Position numbers and translations under genes: made by a program. The notes below the pieces were generated by a model. The model was not told the DNA's origin. It did not search any database and saw only the letters and a program-made list of their open reading frames with translations. From assembly GCA_019912885.1 (NCBI GenBank), contig JAIOHV010000229.1, positions 3,846 through 67,845 of the forward strand: DNA of 64,000 nt, read 5' to 3'. This document shows, one piece after another, positions 61,207 through 64,000 of this stretch. Origin of the DNA: a bacterium. GTDB taxonomy: Bacteria; Lernaellota; Lernaellaia; JACKCT01. Every line of letters starts with the position of its first letter. Positions within the stretch are counted from its first letter, which is position 1.

Positions 61207-63195
61207 TTGTCATTGGCGGGAGAATTCGCTTATCGTCGGCCCGTTCTCTTTGGTGGTGGCGATTACTTGTCGCGAATTTTTTCGAGCCGTTTCTCCCTTT
61301 TTGCCGGCGTGGTCGTCGTGGCCGTCGTCACGATTGCGGCGATCCTGGCGATCCGCAATTACCGCCCGCCGGGACCGGAATTCGTCCGGGGCACGGTCGA
61401 GGTTTTACCGAAAACCGTCCGCGTCGGTTCACGCGTCACCTGGACGATCGACGTGCGTCTCGACAAGCCCCTCCTCGAGGACGGCCGCGTGGTCGTTCGA
61501 TTTCCCCACTACTACTTCGGCGCCCAGACCCCGCGCGAGCTTTACCAGGCCGAGAATCCGGAAGAGCCCGGTTATGTGACGGCGTCGCTGGGGAAGACCC
61601 CCCTGCCCGTTTTTATCGAGTCCACCGAATTTGCGCGCCGCGCGGTGGTGGTCACCGCGCCGAAGGAGGGCATTCCCGCCGGCCGCTCGATCCGGTTTGT
61701 CATCAACGATATCGAGGCGCCCCGCGTGGTTCGGGATGACTTCTCCTTTCGCGTGTTGGCCGATACGGATGCCGACGATTACCACGGCATCATCAGTACC
61801 GTCAGCAAGGTCCGTGTTCGCGCGGCCGAGCCCGAGCGCCTTGCGTGCGTCGCGGATACGTTTGTCCCGCGCGACGCCGTGCCGGCGGTGGGATGCCGGC
61901 TCGAAGACCTTTGGGGCAATCCCGCGGGCAAGATCGACGAATTGACCATCCTGAGCCGCAGCCATCCGGAAACGGCGGGAACGATCAAGACGATCGCGAA
62001 ACCGAAGACCGAAACCGCGACCATCCGGATTCCGATCGCGAAGGCGCCGGATCCCGGCGTGTGGCGGCATTTCGTCAGCGCGCGCTCTGGCGACATCGAT
62101 TTTCAGGCGCGGCCTAATCCGACGTTCGTTTCCGACAATCCCGCCGCGCGCCGCGTCGTGTGGGGCGATATTCACGGGCACAGCGCGCTCGACGACGGGG
62201 TCGGCAGCCCGGAAAACTACTATCGGTACGCGCGCGACGTGTCCTTTCTCGATGTTGCGTCGCTGACGACGCACGATTGGCAACTGGAGCCCGGAGAATG
62301 GACGAAACAACTCGCGGCGACGCGGCGGTTCCACGAGCCGGGTCGCTTCGTGACGGTCGACGGAGTCGAGATCAATTGGCGCGGCCACGAGATCGCGTAC
62401 TTTTTCGACGCGAAACGCGCCGAAAACGTGCCGGTGGGCCGCGAAGGCGGCGCGCACACGATGTGGGAAGAGGACTACGCCGGCATGGCTACGAGCGAAA
62501 TGATGGTAAGTTACGAAAAAATGCTCGAGTTCTACGGCATGGATAACCTGGTCACGGCGGCACACTCGACGCTGGCCGCGGGGATGGGAACCGAGACGCT
62601 GCGGCCCAGCCTGCCGGCGGAGTTGGCGATCGAGGTTTACTCCGCGCACGGCAATAACATGTGCCGGGAATGCCCGCTGGCGCCCGCGTCCACCCCATTC
62701 GCGATTTCGGTGCATGACGCGCTCGACGCCGGAATGCGCGTGGCATTCATCGCGGCGGGCGATTCGCACGACGGGCGGCCGGGCAACACGCAATTTTCCG
62801 CATCGCCGGGCGGACTGACCGCTTTCGCGGTCGACACCGTCGACGCGCGCGGCGTGTACGAGGCGATGCGCGATCGGCGCACCTACGCCACGAGCGGCTG
62901 CCGCGTACACCTCGAGTTCACTTTGAACAAACAGCCGATGGGCAGCGTCGTCGCGATGGCCGCCCGAATGCCGCGCGTTCTGCGCTTCCGGATGGTGTCG
63001 AACGACGCGAAAACGGAGATCGCGCTCGTCCGCAATGGCGAAACCGTGGTAACGGTCGACGAATACATGCCGGGCACGCGATGGACATTCACGGATCGGA
63101 ACGAGGGCGACGCGTGGTATTACGTTCGCGCCAGGGCAAATAACGGAACCTGCCACGTCTGGACAAGCCCGATCTGGCTTGAGGAGGCATCGTAG
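61207..63195 (+). CDS. DUF3604-like putative metal-dependent hydrolase with N-terminal TM anchor
   Basis: An N-terminal TM (FAGVVVVAVVTIAAILAI) is followed by ...RVVWGDIHGHSALDDGVGSPENYY... and later His/Asp-rich segments (...AAGDSHDGRP...), resembling the PHP-like DUF3604 family. Confidence 0.55.
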   Translation: MSLAGEFAYRRPVLFGGGDYLSRIFSSRFSLFAGVVVVAVVTIAAILAIRNYRPPGPEFVRGTVEVLPKTVRVGSRVTWTIDVRLDKPLLEDGRVVVRFPHYYFGAQTPRELYQAENPEEPGYVTASLGKTPLPVFIESTEFARRAVVVTAPKEGIPAGRSIRFVINDIEAPRVVRDDFSFRVLADTDADDYHGIISTVSKVRVRAAEPERLACVADTFVPRDAVPAVGCRLEDLWGNPAGKIDELTILSRSHPETAGTIKTIAKPKTETATIRIPIAKAPDPGVWRHFVSARSGDIDFQARPNPTFVSDNPAARRVVWGDIHGHSALDDGVGSPENYYRYARDVSFLDVASLTTHDWQLEPGEWTKQLAATRRFHEPGRFVTVDGVEINWRGHEIAYFFDAKRAENVPVGREGGAHTMWEEDYAGMATSEMMVSYEKMLEFYGMDNLVTAAHSTLAAGMGTETLRPSLPAELAIEVYSAHGNNMCRECPLAPASTPFAISVHDALDAGMRVAFIAAGDSHDGRPGNTQFSASPGGLTAFAVDTVDARGVYEAMRDRRTYATSGCRVHLEFTLNKQPMGSVVAMAARMPRVLRFRMVSNDAKTEIALVRNGETVVTVDEYMPGTRWTFTDRNEGDAWYYVRARANNGTCHVWTSPIWLEEAS

Positions 63196-63199
63196 CCTG

Positions 63200-64000
63200 T
63201 CAGATTCGCGGAAAAATTCCTTCCAGTTCGTCCTTGCGCTCGCGGTTCATCAGGAGGCGCGCCTCCTCGAACAGGTCGGCGTCTTCGTACAACACGCGAT
63301 AAACGGCCGCGCTGATCGGCATGTCCACGCCATGTTTTTGCGCGAGCTGATAAACCGGCCGCGCGGTCACGTAGCCCTCGGCGACGGCGGCCTGGCCCGC
63401 GACGATATCCGCCGCGCGCTCGCCCGCCGCGATGCGTTTGCCGAGCGTGCGGTTTCGCGACAGCTCACCCGTGCAGGTAAGGATGAGATCGCCGACGCCC
63501 GCGAGGCCAAGGAAGGTCAGCGGATTCGCGCCAAGCGCGACGCCCATGCGCGTCATCTCCGCGAGGCCCCGTGTCATCAGCGCCGCGACGGCGGAGGCGC
63601 CCATACCGAGGCCGTCGCACACGCCGCACGCGATCGCGAGAACGTTTTTCAGCGAGCCGCCTAGCTCGACGCCCGCGATATCGTCGGAGGTGTATACGCG
63701 AAAAAGCGCGGAGTGCAGTACCGCCTGCACCTCGCGCGCGACGCCGATATCCCGCGCGGCGAGCGCCACGTCCGCGGGCTTGCCGCGCGCGACCTCCTTG
63801 GCGAACGAGGGACCGGAAAGGAAAGTCAGCCGTCCGCGGTGATCGGGCAGTTCGTCCTCGAGCACCTCGTGCATGAATTTCAGCGTCTCGTTCTCGATGC
63901 CCTTGGCGGTCGAGACGATCGAAACACCCGCCGGCAGGTGATCGCGCGCGGCGCGCGCCACCTTGCGCATGTGCGCCGACGGCACGGCAAGAATCACGAG
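63200..64000 (-). CDS. gpsA: NAD(P)H-dependent glycerol-3-phosphate dehydrogenase, partial (5' end beyond window)
   Basis: The C-terminal 265 aa visible carries ...GGSLKNVLAIACGVCDGLGMG...GLAGVGDLILTCTGELSRNRTLG..., which is classic GpsA. The ORF runs off the window end. Confidence 0.85.
   Translation of the reverse strand, partial: LVILAVPSAHMRKVARAARDHLPAGVSIVSTAKGIENETLKFMHEVLEDELPDHRGRLTFLSGPSFAKEVARGKPADVALAARDIGVAREVQAVLHSALFRVYTSDDIAGVELGGSLKNVLAIACGVCDGLGMGASAVAALMTRGLAEMTRMGVALGANPLTFLGLAGVGDLILTCTGELSRNRTLGKRIAAGERAADIVAGQAAVAEGYVTARPVYQLAQKHGVDMPISAAVYRVLYEDADLFEEARLLMNRERKDELEGIFPRI

Overview
This is a high-GC bacterial chromosomal segment (roughly 65-70% GC by eye, not computed) with dense coding on both strands. 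I found no rRNA, CRISPR array, transposase or integrase.

The window reads as eight blocks.

(1) 1-15.7 kb is an unusual cluster built from paralogous modules: five radical-SAM enzymes (three SPASM-type, two B12-binding class B), two about 78% nucleotide-identical UPF0104 'flippase-like' membrane proteins, two DegT/DnrJ-family PLP aminotransferases, a YfhO-like GT-C membrane protein, a beta-propeller membrane protein and a decayed GT2 (Dpm1-like) remnant. I read it as an undescribed aminosugar or envelope-glycoconjugate tailoring system.

(2) 15.8-20.1 kb is a WYL-regulator-centred module: a HIRAN-domain protein, a WYL transcription factor, a low-GC PD-(D/E)xK-like nuclease gene and a beta-CASP metallo-beta-lactamase nuclease. 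It is a candidate defence or DNA-damage system.

(3) 20.3-30.8 kb is a Thermus-type respiratory nitrate reductase operon, narC(diheme cyt c)-narG-narH-narJ-narI-narK1-narK2.

(4) 31-39.2 kb holds a PAS sensor kinase with an atypical REC-GAF-GAF-SARP regulator, a TDT/TehA transporter, a NarXL-type two-component pair and tRNA-Asp.

(5) 39.9-42.5 kb holds an S9 peptidase, a candidate small RNA with an intrinsic terminator, and a 22-aa ORF with a strong SD.

(6) 42.7-57.3 kb encodes a family of exoproteins with poly-Asp tethers. Two lipoproteins carry the N-terminal motif ...AAGCSCGDDD... Three secreted proteins (GH84, GH2 and a Cys-rich protein) carry C-terminal poly-Asp tails ending in Cys/Gly clusters. 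These sit beside GT-C/TPR membrane glycosyltransferase-like proteins, a PHP phosphoesterase, RluA and tandem repeats.

(7) 57.4-58.7 kb is a repeat-bounded insert carrying a foreign low-GC lipoprotein gene next to a truncated trpG/pabA remnant.

(8) 58.8-64 kb holds membrane proteins, a DUF3604-like hydrolase and partial gpsA.

All calls rest on reading translations, motifs and local composition. No database search was possible.
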